A stretch of 64,000 nt of DNA from Eledone cirrhosa (taxonomy: Eukaryota). Positions 26,502-39,996 of the stretch are shown in pieces. The stretch covers positions 383,656,001 through 383,720,000 of the forward strand of contig OZ024741.1 in the NCBI GenBank assembly GCA_964016885.1, read 5' to 3'. The notes under the pieces were generated by a model that saw nothing but the letters and a program-made list of their open reading frames with translations, was not told the DNA's origin and ran no database searches. Position 1 is the stretch's first letter, and every line of letters begins with the position of its first letter. The translations under genes were made by a program, and so were the position numbers.

Positions 26502-29309
26502 GCGCGCACACAGATATATATGTATACACACCCACACGTACACACACACACACTTACACATACAAGCACACACACAAAGACACACACATAGATATATACA
26601 TGCTTGTGCACATGTTTGTATGAATGTATCCATGTATATATGTTTGTATGTATCTATGCATATATATATATATATGTGTGTGTGTGTGAGTCTGTGTGTG
26701 TGTGTCTGTGTGTATGTGTGTGTGTGTCTATGTGTGTGTCTGTGTGTGTGTGTGTCTGTGTATTCATACATGGCGCCATGTTTCATTTCATGCAATGAGT
26801 GAAGGCAATATATCTGCTAATATCAGCAACTTCCTCCAGACGTTGCGTTGTGTTAGCGATAAATGACGTTTTAGTATATCCTTCAACGTGTATAAGACAA
26901 ACTGATAATGGCTAAAGATAGCGTCACTCATACCATTATGCTATTACAGGAAAGTTGCCATTACTCAACCCCATTACTATTTTAATGTTTTATCTTCACC
27001 ACGCATAATAAAATTGAATATCCATAGTGATTTTCTTCTGGAATCCCAAAGCTTTTATCATTGAAAAGAAAACATATCGAATTAGTTTGACTTTCATGGC
27101 TCAAATATGAAAGCCAAACTAATTTGATATGTTTGAGCCATGAAACATTTTAACTCAGATCAAAAACCTAACTACGTATCACTTTGAACTATTTCTAATC
27201 TATGATGGTTACTCCTCTTGATTGCTTTTAACTTGATCTTGAATACAGTGAAGAACCATCGATAAATGTTTTACCATAGTTACTCAGCTCTCCTTGGATG
27301 ATCGTTGTGGTTTGGTGATGACTGTACAATTAACAGAATTTATTCATAATGAACCAACTTAGAAGTGATCGATATATTCAATAATGGAATCCTAGATATA
27401 CCCTATCAGAAACACTATGACCTGAGAATAAACAACACCAAAAGGAGGAGGTTTACATGATATAGTAATTGTTTCTGATTTAGGCACAGGCCAACAATTT
27501 TAGAGGAGGGGAAAAGTCAATTAAATCGAACCTAGTGCATCACTGGTACTTTATTTTATCGACTTTTAAGGATATAAAGCTTAGTTAACACGGATGGGAT
27601 TTCAACGCAACGTAAAGGAACATAATTCTATGCCGCAAACCATGTTGTTCGACGCTCTAACTACTCTACCAATCGACCAACATTACATGATGTAATAATA
27701 TTAGGCATAAAATAAAAGATGATCATGATTAAAACATTTTGATCATAGTCCTGCTCGTTGAAGTCTGACGTGGGATCATAGATCTATTCAATAAGGTACC
27801 CCCTGACATCATAAGTCTGTTTGGTGTCGGCTAACCTGTCAGCATTCGTCTGCTCAGTGATGTCCAGCCTGGGTATAGGTGCCTTCTTGATGAGGATCGA
27901 ATAGTCACTTAGATCTGCTCAAGGAAAAGAGATGCTATTATAATTCTTTTCGATGCGGACTGAACTAGGTCTCAACAACATGAACTACCTTTTGAGATAG
28001 TCAAAGAGGATGTTTTAATGCGGTCGATCTACCTGCTAGAAATAGCATTCAAATCTTGTACAAAATAAATGATATAACACATTATGAGTGAAAACAAAAC
28101 ACGATCGCCTTTGTCATTGTTATACTCGATCAGGAATGACATTCGGTTTAACAACAACTATCTATAACAACCAAAAATCAGCATCATATTACCCAGATTT
28201 TATTTATCCTTCTTCGAACATATGTTGTTTTGGGTGTTGTTACTTCTGCTCTAGTCATTTAACCCCTGCTCACCCATCCATGGTCTGATTGTACTATTTC
28301 CTTTTTGAGAGTTGAGGAGAATAGTGAAAATCCAGCCGATCTTTCAGAAAATGCTTAACCATATTCTTTCTGTTTCCGTCTCCTTCTTAGTATACACCAT
28401 ATATTTGCAATGTTTAGAAACCTCAATGATAACTACGGCATTTGCATCCTACTTCCACATCAATAAACTTCACTAGCTAAAATCAACATATCGATCACAT
28501 CAATAAAAGCAACGTATTATCGTAATAGTAGAAATATTAGATTGCTAGATAGCGCTGCCATTAACCTCTCAAACCCAAACATAATGACAAGTGGGTACAT
28601 AAACCAGCTGGATCAGAGTTCGCCTAAGACTAAACAACAAAAATAACAGAAAGCATGCCAGCTTATATCTGTAAGTTTCTTTAGCGCTGACCGTATGCTT
28701 AAGAAATTCATTTCACCATCACTTAATATCGAGTTTAATGGATAGGCCTTGGACAAATATATTTTACTATATTCACAAGTGGACCCAAATCTTGTGATTT
28801 AAATTGTTGACAGACACTATACAGAATCTCATCGGAAAGGTTGTATGTATTTTTGTTTAAAAGACTTATTTCTTTGGGGATCTTTAAATGAGTTCATTCT
28901 GTTCTTGCTAATTGGACTAAGTTCCCAACTGTATAAAGCGATAAGTTGAGTAACTTTTCACGTTTGCTCACCAATCTGGAGTCCATTTTCGAAACGATCC
29001 GCTGATAGAGATAAAATTATGTATGACAATTCCTTCATATCACCAAATATTAACAGTTAATATAACCCCTTACATCATACACACGCACACACACATTTGA
29101 TCCTAGGATAACTCATTGAATCAGTATTAGGCTGTTGTTTTTTACCATTTAGCCACGAGTAGAAAGGCGGCGCTTATGATCCGCGACTGGTTAAAGGAAG
29201 TAAGGATGTTATCCACTCTCAGCAAATTAACTGGAATGCTTACAATAAATTACACCCTATTGAGACACGCAAAGAAAAAGTGCCGGCATGAAACCAAGCG
29301 AAGAAATAA

Positions 29310-29440
29310 GCCTTCTTCTTTTTCCTCGACCGCGTATTCCTGTGAGGGTCGTGGGGGCAGAGTTTTCAACCACTTCTTCCAGCGTGTTCTATCAGAAGCA
29401 ACCCTCTCTAATTGATCCGGCTGAATCCCCAAGCGAGACC
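29310..29440 (-). mobile_element. Short RTE-like LINE 3' fragment
   Basis: LERVASDRTRWKKWLK resembles the AxDRxxW C-terminus of RTE-group ORFs. Confidence 0.4.
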
Positions 29441-30719
29441 AGGCGAGCTTATGGATTTTATCTAACTATATTGCTAGTGTCTTCCCCTGGGTCTCCTACC
29501 GGTGGGTTAAGAACGCAAAGGCCTGGAACAGAAGGAGTCTCTTCAAACTCTCTAATTCTGCCATTATACCACCCTGGACTGTTACTTTATTTTCTCGACT
29601 ACGAAAAAATTGGGGATGGGCGAAATTGAGACAGAGGGCTTTGAACTCAAGAGTGCAAAGAGAGGGAACAAACAACACCCAACATTTTGTTCTACGCTCT
29701 AACGACTCAGACAATTGGCCACCTCGTATCTCTTTTACACATGTTGCAGGTCTTTCTTCTCTCATTTCGTTTTCATTTCTATCAAGCTCTCTTTATATTC
29801 TTGCGTTTCCTTTCCTTCCACATGCTTGTCTGCCTTACTGATTTTCTATTCAACTGTCATCCACTCTTTCTTTTTTTCTCTTTCACATAACTCCAGCTCT
29901 CTCCCTCTCTCTCCTCCTCTCACCCCCACCCCCTCTCGCACCCCCCTCTCTCTAATATACTAATATACTCATATATATATCGTGGCTTTCAAACTTCGAA
30001 TTCTTTATATATATATATATATACTCACACATATGTCACTCATTTCTCTCTACTGTGCAATAAAAACAATATACATAATATAAATATATACACAACACAC
30101 AACACATCAAATACTCTTTACTCAGTTCTTCCTCACACCTGAGGAAAAAAATCATTTTTCTCCTCATTTTATTTATTCTATTTTTTTTTATTTATTTATT
30201 CTATTCATTTATATATTTTACTATTAGCTTTACAATTGTAATCATTCAAAGAAAATTGTTCGTGTCAGTCTGGGAAAGACATCTTTACAAATAAAAAAGC
30301 AACAGTTTTCAGTGATTTAATTTACAGCGCAGGGGCACCACTATACAGTCACTATGTAGTTATTACCTACAGATATTATTGAAGTGTAACACACGGTTAA
30401 TATTGATTACAACTTTACTAGCTAACCCCAAAGATACATTGCCATTTCAAGAGATCTCAGACTGTGAGTGTATAGAGATGTAATATTTGGCAAATATATA
30501 TATATATATATAAGGGGTATTTAATTTGTTGGTAATTCAACAAAATATGTATATTTATAACTGATTCGAAGCACTCGATAGGTTTTCTGGAGTATAATAT
30601 CAATTATATTAATAAATAATATATATATATATAATAAGAATTGTATTTCTCACTCTACCACAGCTGATACATAAAAGTAAGTATGCATACGTACACACAC
30701 ACATATATATCCACATATA

Positions 30720-30755
<36 letters not shown>

Positions 30756-30756
30756 C

Positions 30757-30832
<76 letters not shown>

Positions 30833-31020
30833 GTTAAATATAGTAAGGTGTATTATTGGTTGTGTCAAACGGTCCAATAAATTTTTGTTACCAATATTAA
30901 GTTCTCCACGCTTTTGTATATCTCCAATTCCATTTATGGGAACTGCTAGGTGATGTATAACGGAGTATTAGTATCAAAATAAAGACCCGAAGGCATGGTA
31001 TACATTTCCAATCATTTTAA

Positions 31021-31094
31021 TCACGACACATGTTTCAATAAGAGATAGATCGATCGTGTAGCCATGATCGATTATCACTGAACTCGTCAGGTGA
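31021..31094 (-). ncRNA. Type I hammerhead ribozyme within inverted repeat 30971-31286
   Basis: UCAC-CUGACGA-[AUCGAUC..GAUCGAU]-GAAAC-AUGU-GUC-GUGA. Confidence 0.7.
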
Positions 31095-31282
31095 AAATGA
31101 ATTGTCTTCAAATCCTTGATATGAGGGAGTAAATTAACGGTGTTCACTCACACAGTTTAGTCCCTCCCGTTAATTTTCTCCCTCATATCAAGGATTTGAA
31201 GACAATTCATTCTATCCGTTATTGAAATATGTATCGTGATTAAAATGATGGAAATTTATACCATGCCTTCGGATCTTTATTT

Positions 31283-31344
<62 letters not shown>

Positions 31345-31477
31345 AGTCCAAGAGAGAGAGGGATATACGTACATATATATGTGCGTTTGTTTGTATATAT
31401 ATGCATATGTTTGTATACCTATGCATATACATATATAAACATATTAATATACATACATATGCGTGTATATATATATG

Positions 31478-32645
31478 TGTCCGGCGACATGCCACCACAC
31501 TTTCGGGCCATATCTGGGACCTCCAAGATAATAATATAACTTAACATCTTACTTGGAGCTTACTGTCCAGAGCTAACACTTATACGGGAGGACGCCGTCC
31601 ATGTAACTTATGCTCGGAGGAAACATTACAACTCCTAAACAAAAAAGACAAACTGTTAACTGCATGCAAACACAAATTGCGGAAGTCTTACCTCGCCCTC
31701 AAACCCCCTAACGATCCGGGTGGGTAGACTAGGGCTGAAACACCCCACTTGCCGAATAAGATAGGGAAAACCCCTACTTATATAGGTAGATGTACCTCTT
31801 TTCTTTTCCTCTATGTTTTCTCTTTCCCTTTGTCTCCTCCTATCACTTTCCACCACCGAATTTCTTCCTCGTTCGTTTCTTCGTTTTTTTTTGTTTTTTT
31901 GTTTTTTTTCCCTTTCGCCTACCCTGAGGCAGCCCATTGGGCCTCTTTAGCCTCAGTACCCCCACCCCAGTAACTTACAGATAGCATTCGCCGATTTCGC
32001 TATACTAACTATCCATAGCAGCTGTGTTAGACCCCAGAGATGTGGTATTAATTTTTAATTCTAAATTTTCAATGATTCTCATCTAGCAACTCATTCTATA
32101 GAATTGACCGAAAAAGCAGCACCAACTAAATATAGCAACTGTGTTAGACTCCTTAATTGTTGTTTCATTTCTCACTTTCCAATCCTATATTCTGATACAT
32201 CTTTCTATCATTTTTTTAATTATATTCTCTTTTATTATATTTTTCATTGTCCCCTAATCGCTTTTGATTTATTATTTCTATAACGTCCCTCCTCCACTTT
32301 CTAAAGAAACCTTTTTTCGCCAACCTCCTCTGGCCTACTTTCATACACATTCCTTAGAATTTGCCGTGTAGATTTCACCTTCTACGCTTGACCGGCTCTA
32401 CCCACTCCCCTATCGTTCTACAGGCAAGTTCAGCCATCCCCACCCCGAACGCACTGCCATGATAGACTTTTCTGTGTCTGCTACAAATTTTGACCAATCC
32501 TCTTGACAACTACAATCTTCCCATATAAGGAAGTACCCCTTGAAAAGTTCGGCTATTTATTTACCAGACTAAAAAAATTCTTACTTTAGTCCAGAAATAG
32601 CCGTCGAAACGGCTTGAGCTTTGCCGTCGGGTCATACTTTCTCCT
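31478..32645 (+). mobile_element. PLE 3' fragment (GIY-YIG C-terminus + ~0.9 kb 3' region ending in an HHR)
   Basis: TTLSGHIWDLQ..LTWSLLSRANTYTGGRRPCNLCSEE..LLNKKDKLLTACKH parallels PLE-A TKLANHVWSLK..W..CGLCIEE..LN..CPH. Confidence 0.8.
32535..32632 (+). ncRNA. Hammerhead ribozyme with U3-A8 core, long stem II and full stem III
   Basis: ACCCC-UUGAAAA-GUUCGGCUAUUU...AAAUAGCCGUC-GAAA-CGGC-loop-GCCG-UC-GGGU. Confidence 0.8.
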
Positions 32646-32655
32646 ATATATATTC

Positions 32656-32687
<32 letters not shown>

Positions 32688-32710
32688 ATGTGTGTGTATG
32701 TGTGTATGCA

Positions 32711-32784
<74 letters not shown>

Positions 32785-33041
32785 TGTGTGTGTGTGTGTT
32801 TGAACAATAAAAAGAGAAGTCAGGTGTAGGTAGAATTTTCTGTTTTCTATTTCTATTCATCAAACACACATATATGTAAATGACTCTGTAACCCGGATTG
32901 ATTTTCTCCAAGGATAACTTAGGCTGCGACCACTTACCACAAGAACTACTGGTCAGACTGACGATTTTCGCCGCAACTATCCTTCCTAGGATACATTGAG
33001 TTCTAAAAATGTTATGAGCCCCACCACAACCAGTTGGCCTC

Positions 33042-33119
<78 letters not shown>

Positions 33120-33121
<2 letters not shown>

Positions 33122-36100
33122 GTAACATTTCATGTTAATTTTATGAGCCTACTCTTCCTTGCTAACTCAAGGCATGTTGGAAGAGAGCGTTTGCCAGGTA
33201 ACGCAAAAACCAGTGTTTTTATCGTGACACCCTCACTAGGTGGGCTTTTAATCGAGACCCAGAGAGACTCCACCCACCATCATCAAGAGAGACTATCCCT
33301 GTACAGAGGAGGCTCCCTCCGGACCCTGAAAAAGTGAACAGGAGGGCACACCAGCAGCCCAGACTGATGTGACCGCTATGACTAGGGGATGACACCAGCA
33401 ACCTCGGACTAGTTTGATTCGTATGAATAGAAGAAACCCCCAGACAAAGAAAAAGATATTTAATATTTGCACACACAACACACGTACCATCAATGACCGT
33501 CATACCAACTCTCTTGAGACAATGCTGTATGAACTTGAAAAAGTAAACTGGGATATTATCGGACTATCAGAGACTAAATCAAACGAAAACAAAATAAAGA
33601 TACACCAAGGTACTATATGTATTTGTCAAGCAATGTGACTCGTCGCATGAAAGGAGTGGGTTTCTTGGTAAACAAAATGTGTGCATGATTTGTACATAAC
33701 TATCAACCTATATCAGACAGACTAGCTGTTCTGAGCTTGAAAATTAAGTTTTGTAAACTCGTACTTATCCATTGCTATTTTCCCACATCTACACATCCAG
33801 ATGAAGAAATCAATGGAAAATATGACAACATACAGGCCATGATAGATAAGACACCAAAGAGAGATCACCTCTTTCTAATTAGTGACTTTAACTGTAAAGT
33901 TGGGCAACTGAATCAATTATTCCCACCAAGTATTGAGAAATATACCACACTTACATTTAACTCGAGAGGCAAGCTTCTAGCCCAATTTTGTACGAAGAAC
34001 AATATGCAGATCACCAACACAATATTTCAAAAGAAAAACCTGTTCACTTGGATATCACCAGACAATATAACTAAGAATCAAATAGACTTCATAATACCAA
34101 GAAAATCTTCAGCAAGACTAAACATATTAGACAGCACTGATCTTAACACTCCTGATATATCTGACCATCGAATGGTGCGCACAAGATTTCGTATAAACTT
34201 TGTTTGGCCACAAAGGACTAAAATACCGTCGAAAGTTAACTTAGACAAACTCTCATGTAACGAAACAGCACGCTGATTCAAAGTCGAGTTGCAAACCCGC
34301 TTATAAGCTTTGCAATCGGATGAAAACTACAGCAAGATTTATTATACTCTCTGCAGAGGCTTAAAAGAGGTATCTGAAGAGATTTTACATAAGGAAAGCC
34401 TTTCCATTCCACAGTGGATGTCACAACAAAGAAAGAAAGCAATATCTGAAAAACATAGAATCAGAAGAGAATGTGGCCACACATCAACCCAATATAGAAT
34501 AGCAAAGGCTGAATAAAAAAAACTCGTTAAATTATACAAACTTATGCAAATGTGCAACAACATTGAGGATCACAGTTTATATCATGCTGAAGAAACTAAC
34601 GACTAAACCAAGAAATCTTAGCTGGAACATCAAAGATTCAAACGATACTATACTTATTTCCAAAGATGTTATCCTTGAACGCTGGGCTAAATTCTATGAA
34701 GAACTGTACTTCAGCTACTCAGAACTAACAACGATTCAGGATTCGACACCAGATGTCATTCCATCTATCTTAGACGTGAGTAAATAGCCCTGGACTAGAC
34801 AAGATATACTCAGAATTCATCAAATCTGGAGGTGAACCAATTATCAAAGCACTTCAACATCTTTTTAACTGTATTATCACTACAGGAAAAAGCCCAGACA
34901 TATTTAAGAAAGCATTGATAGTTGAGAGAACTATCGTCCTATCAGCCTATTGAGTCATGTTTACAAGCTTTTCATGAGTATCATTGCAGCACGAGTGAAG
35001 TAAGACCATTGCTTCTCATTTCCTGAAAGAAAAGCTGCGTATCAACTTGAAAGAGGCACCATTGAACAGATTGTATCTATTGAACAAATGATTGAGAAAT
35101 CAATTCAATTCAACAACCATGTGCACATTACATTCATTGACTCCAGAAAAACTTTTGACAGCGTGAAACTACCCAGCTTGTGGCAACTCTTAAAGAAAAT
35201 CTCAATTAACAAGAAATACATCAACCTACTGAAAGAAACTTACACCAACAGCATACATCAAAGCAGATTTGGGAACTACATGGTGAAGGGAGTTAAGCAG
35301 GGAGGGGTGTACTATCAGCACTCCTTTTCTGTATAGTTATAGCTGCACTCCTTTTCTGTATAGTTATAGCTTCACCAAACTGAAGAAAAATGCTCCTCCG
35401 GCTATCAAATAAGAGGTAAATTGATATGTAAACTTTCTGAATGTACTGGCTTACACATCAACATGGAAGCTAGCTTACACATCAACATCTCTAAAACAAA
35501 ATGTATGACAACTGATAAAAACAATGCCAATCTCCAACTCTCTACAACCAACAAATTGTTCAAGTTACGGAGTTTGTATATCTCGGTTACAAACTATCAT
35601 CCGACAACAATGGAATGGTCGCTATGCAGTATCCCATCGCTATTGGTTGGGCACCTTTCAACGGGAAAAGGGTAGTACTAACATCAAAACGAGTTTTCTA
35701 TCATTTGAAGGCTAAGAGCTTCGATACTTACATCCTATCAGTTGTGTTATATGGTCTTGACTGTGTTAATTGGACGACAAGGTCACTTCAGAAGCTCTCT
35801 ACATTCCAGAACCACATCATGAGACTTATGACTGGCAAGCGGCTCAGCGAATGTATTTGTATCAGTGGGCTGCTCAACACCACCAGGCTTAGACCAAACA
35901 CATCATTTGTCAGGTCAAGAGTGCTTAAACTGTATGGTCATAGCAAAAGATCAACTTGTGGTGTGAGTAAGTTATGCCTAGAAAAAAGTTGGGTTGTAAG
36001 AGAAGCAGAGGTCGGACGCTGAAACGATGGCTCGATAATTTCAACTGATGGACTAGACTTGACATTTACTCTTTAAACTCTCATGTCAATGCGCAGTCTG

Positions 36101-36130
36101 CAACTGGTGGAGTTAGCGTCTAGAAGAAGT
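33120..36130 (+). mobile_element. RTE-clade LINE, near full length, heavily disrupted
   Basis: NICTHNTRT, DIIGLSET, GVGFLV, DFNCKVG, NQIDFII, SDHRMV (APE); NYRPISLL, FID..KTFDSV, GVKQG (RT). Confidence 0.9.
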
Positions 36131-36216
36131 GCAAGTCCAGTGAATTCATTGAGCGAGCGGGAGAGTTCAACGTGGTAGCACAAACTCAGTTTGTCTAGTT
36201 CGATTAATTCGATACA

Positions 36217-36261
<45 letters not shown>

Positions 36262-36866
36262 CTGTTTCTACTTTTGGCACAAGGCCAGCAAGTACCCAGT
36301 GTATTACTGGTACTTTATTTTATCAACCCCGTAAGGATGAAAGGCAAAGTTAACCTTGGCGGGATTTGAACTCAGAATGGCAAGGGCCGTAACTCTATGC
36401 GTCAAAGTATGGCGTCCGACCCTCTACCGATACTGCCAATTTGTTTTGCGAGGTTTTTGATATGAAATCGTGTGTCAAAACAAAAATTGTTATAATTGGG
36501 GAGGGTCATATTGTTGTAATAATATTTAAATATTGCCAGAAATAATAACAGAACACACTCACTGTTTGGTTGGTTTTCGCTTCTGTATATTTTATAACTC
36601 CATAGTTAATTCATTTGGCCATCAATGTTTATCATTGACTGACCAACGGTCAAAAATACAGATATCTGCAACATCATCAGTGGTACTATTATGTTTCTGC
36701 CTGTTGTATTGTATGTCTACGCCCTTTTAAAAAATGATAAACATTGATGGCCAAATGAATTAACTATGGAGATATAAAAGAAAAAGAAGCGAAAACAAAC
36801 CAAACAGTGAGTGTGTTCTGTTATTATTTCTGGCAATATTATTACAATATAACTCTCCCCAAGTAT

Positions 36867-36954
<88 letters not shown>

Positions 36955-37011
36955 GCAAATGAATGAATGAATGAAGGAGTTACAAGCCGTTAAAACAAGT
37001 TCTTTATATAG

Positions 37012-37050
37012 CTCTTACACATGTTTCGCCCAGATGGGCTCTTCGGAGAG
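37012..37050 (-). ncRNA. Minimal hammerhead motif (U4C variant or decayed)
   Basis: CUCU-CCGAAGA-GCCC-AUCU-GGGC-GAAAC-AUGU-GUA-AGAG. Confidence 0.65.
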
Positions 37051-37417
37051 ATAATAGTTTGTATGATGACATCAGTAAGTACAGATACCGTTGAGAATGT
37101 TTACCTCAACTTCACATCGCCTTGCATTGTATCTGAAAAAGTGTAAACACAATGGCGTCGGTGAAACGGGGCATAATCCACTAAGGGAGGTAATATACGG
37201 TGTTAGGCCGCATTACCCTTAAGTTTATTTTATCCTATCCCAGCCAAGGGGAAGGTTTAGCAGGGTGAATCTAACTCAGTAGGTGATGCACGGTGCCTTG
37301 GTAGAAATCCGATGGTTGGTTATAGTGTCATTCGATACTGCACTTTGGCATACCTATTGCAGGTGGACTAAATCGAGGTGTGATGCAGAAATCTGTGGGG
37401 ATATGATGTTATTCCGG

Positions 37418-37590
<173 letters not shown>

Positions 37591-37784
37591 GTGTGTGTCT
37601 GTGTGTGTGTGTGTCTGTGTGTGTGTGTAGAAATACGGTTTAGGGAAGCCGTAGCTATGCAAACACCGGGGCTAACGCCCTCTGGTGGTGTCTTTTAGAA
37701 ATACGAAATTTCTATACATATTGTATAAAGCTATGGTTGAAGCGAAATCATATATATATATATATATATATATACAAATATAAT

Positions 37785-39494
37785 TTCAGCAATAATAGCA
37801 AAAGATGCACAAATCGAAGTAAGCTCTCGACCGGGTTGTTTTTAAATAAACTTAAGCAATTAACCAGTCAATAGAATTTTCTAATAGAATTAACTAATTA
37901 ATTGCTAGGCCCGGGAGATTAATACAAATATAATTTCAGCGAGATCGTATTTCGACTGTGGTCAAAAACAAAGCGAAACGCAATTTTCGAGATATGCAGC
38001 AAGCACTCAATGGTCTAAGGTTCTCAACGGGGGGCATATGCACCCCCGGGGGGCGTTTCGGAACTCCAGGGGGGGGGCGTTTGGGAGCAAGTTCACGTTA
38101 GGGGGGACGTTTGGAGCTGGGGGAGGGGGTTAGGGGGGCGCTGGGTTTTTCCATTTTTAGGATCTCAATTACCGGTTAACGTCTCAATTACCGGACATGC
38201 CTGCACACCTGCTCACATCTGTGGTCAGACTATAGTTATGCTGTCTGCAGCTGTGAGCAGGTGTGCAGGCATGTCCGGTATTTGAGACGTTAACCATTAA
38301 TTGAGATCCTAAAAATGGAAAAACCCACAGTCAACTGGGTCAAAGACACTTTGAGCGCAGCCAGTTAGAATCTTGTCTGAAATTATTGACTCAACCGTAA
38401 CGAATTAATACTAGGTAGATCTATTTTATTCCCTATTGTATAAATAATATTACAAATAAAAAAAAGAAAAGAATAAAACAGAAGCGAGTAGAACACACAT
38501 CTAGGACCACATACAACACATAATCAGATAATACACACATGTTTGGAATATTGTTAATCAATTTTTTAGTAATCTACTGATATAAAAATCAGTAATATAT
38601 TGAAAAAGGGAAAAAATAGGGTGACAGGGGCGGGGGGGCGTTTCGTGATTTCGAAGGACAAAATGGGTTGAGAACCTGTGGTCTAAAAAAAGACCAGCGC
38701 AATTAACATACGTTATTGAGGCCAGACAAACTTAAAATGGCGGTCATAAAGCTATCAGCCACCAGAGCCAAAAAAACCAAGCAAGCTAAACAGGTTAACA
38801 AAAGAATTTTCCTGGACCTCCTGGAAATTGATGGTATAATCCATTGAGAGGTTTATGTGACACCTAAATCAATTATACTGCCTGCTTTCATTGTAAGCTA
38901 TTGGTATAACGATCGAACAAGGCTGCCATTTCGTCAACAGGTATTTTGTTCTCAACCGGCGAGAGGGTTCCGGTGCATTAGTAGTGTTGGAGTGATTATC
39001 CCACGTATTTACCCTGCAGGGAGGTAACCCCGGATTTTGGCGGATGGATTCAGAATGTAAAATTATTGCAATAATAGCAAAAAACTGCACAAATCAAATT
39101 AAGCTCTTGACCGGGTTGTTTTTAAATAAACTTAAGCAATTAATCAGTCAATAGAATTGTCTAATAGAATTAACTAATAGAATTAACGGGAAATTAATAC
39201 AAATATAGTTTCGGCGAGATCGTATTTCGGGTGTGATCAAAAACAAAGCGAAACGCAATTTTCGAGATATGCGGCAAGCGCTCAAAGGACTAAAAGAAGA
39301 GCAGAGCAATTATCATACGTTATAGAGGCCAGGCAAACTGAAAATGGCGGTCATGAAGCTATCAGCCACCGGAGCCAAAAACAAACGAAGCAAGCTAAAT
39401 AGGTTTATAAGAGAATTTGCCTGGACCTCATGGAAATTGATGGTATAATCCATTGGGAGGTTTCTGTGACACCTAGATCAATTATACTGCCTGC

Positions 39495-39500
<6 letters not shown>
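37785..39500. repeat. Two direct copies of a ~440-bp unit (37785-38891 interrupted by a MITE; 39062-39500)
   Basis: Near-identical blocks such as GACCGGGTTGTTTTTAAATAAACTTAAGCAATTAA and ATCAATTATACTGCCTGCTTTCAT. Confidence 0.9.
38017..38679. mobile_element. hAT-like MITE with an internal ~80-bp-arm palindrome (38142-38327)
   Basis: TIR GGTTCTCAAC/GTTGAGAACC; GGTCTAA duplicated on both sides; absent from the sister repeat near 39290. Confidence 0.8.
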
Positions 39501-39559
<59 letters not shown>

Positions 39560-39565
<6 letters not shown>

Positions 39566-39996
39566 AGTAGTTACACAACAGTTAGTTCACCATACCGAGA
39601 ACAATTGTTTCGCCTTCGCGGATCTTCAGCTGGGGATGTGTATGGTTATAGGAACAGGAAGGACAACTGTACGAACGCGCATGCGCAGAAACTCAGTCAC
39701 TTCACACAGACAATACTAGACTGCGTGCGAGAGGTGTAAGGGAGATAACTGCGAAAGTCCGGAAAGTTTTTAGGTTGAAAATAAAATTAAAAAAATGTTA
39801 AAATAAAATTACAAAGAATCAGTCCGGAGCCTTGTAGTTATGCAATAGATCTTTGGTGACGTGTGGACAACGTGTGAAAAATTCACTTCTTGTGTTTAGG
39901 CAATCACTATTACGTAATCTCTTTAGGATAGTTATTCGTTCGTCAATACATAAGCCACACGTCGGATTTCCCCTTGTGTATTACTTGGACTTAGTC
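39560..39996 (-). mobile_element. PLE family A-related 3' fragment with HHR
   Basis: Homologous to ~22150-22545 (AGGTGTAAGGGAG.TAACTGCG, GACGTGTGGACAACGTG, CTTGGACTTAGT). Confidence 0.85.

Noticed and set aside
36615-36695. CUGAUGA on the minus strand inside the 36487-36872 inverted repeat
   Set aside because: The GAAA and NUH parts are non-canonical in both arms (UGAUAAACAUUGAUGG); not counted as a hammerhead.
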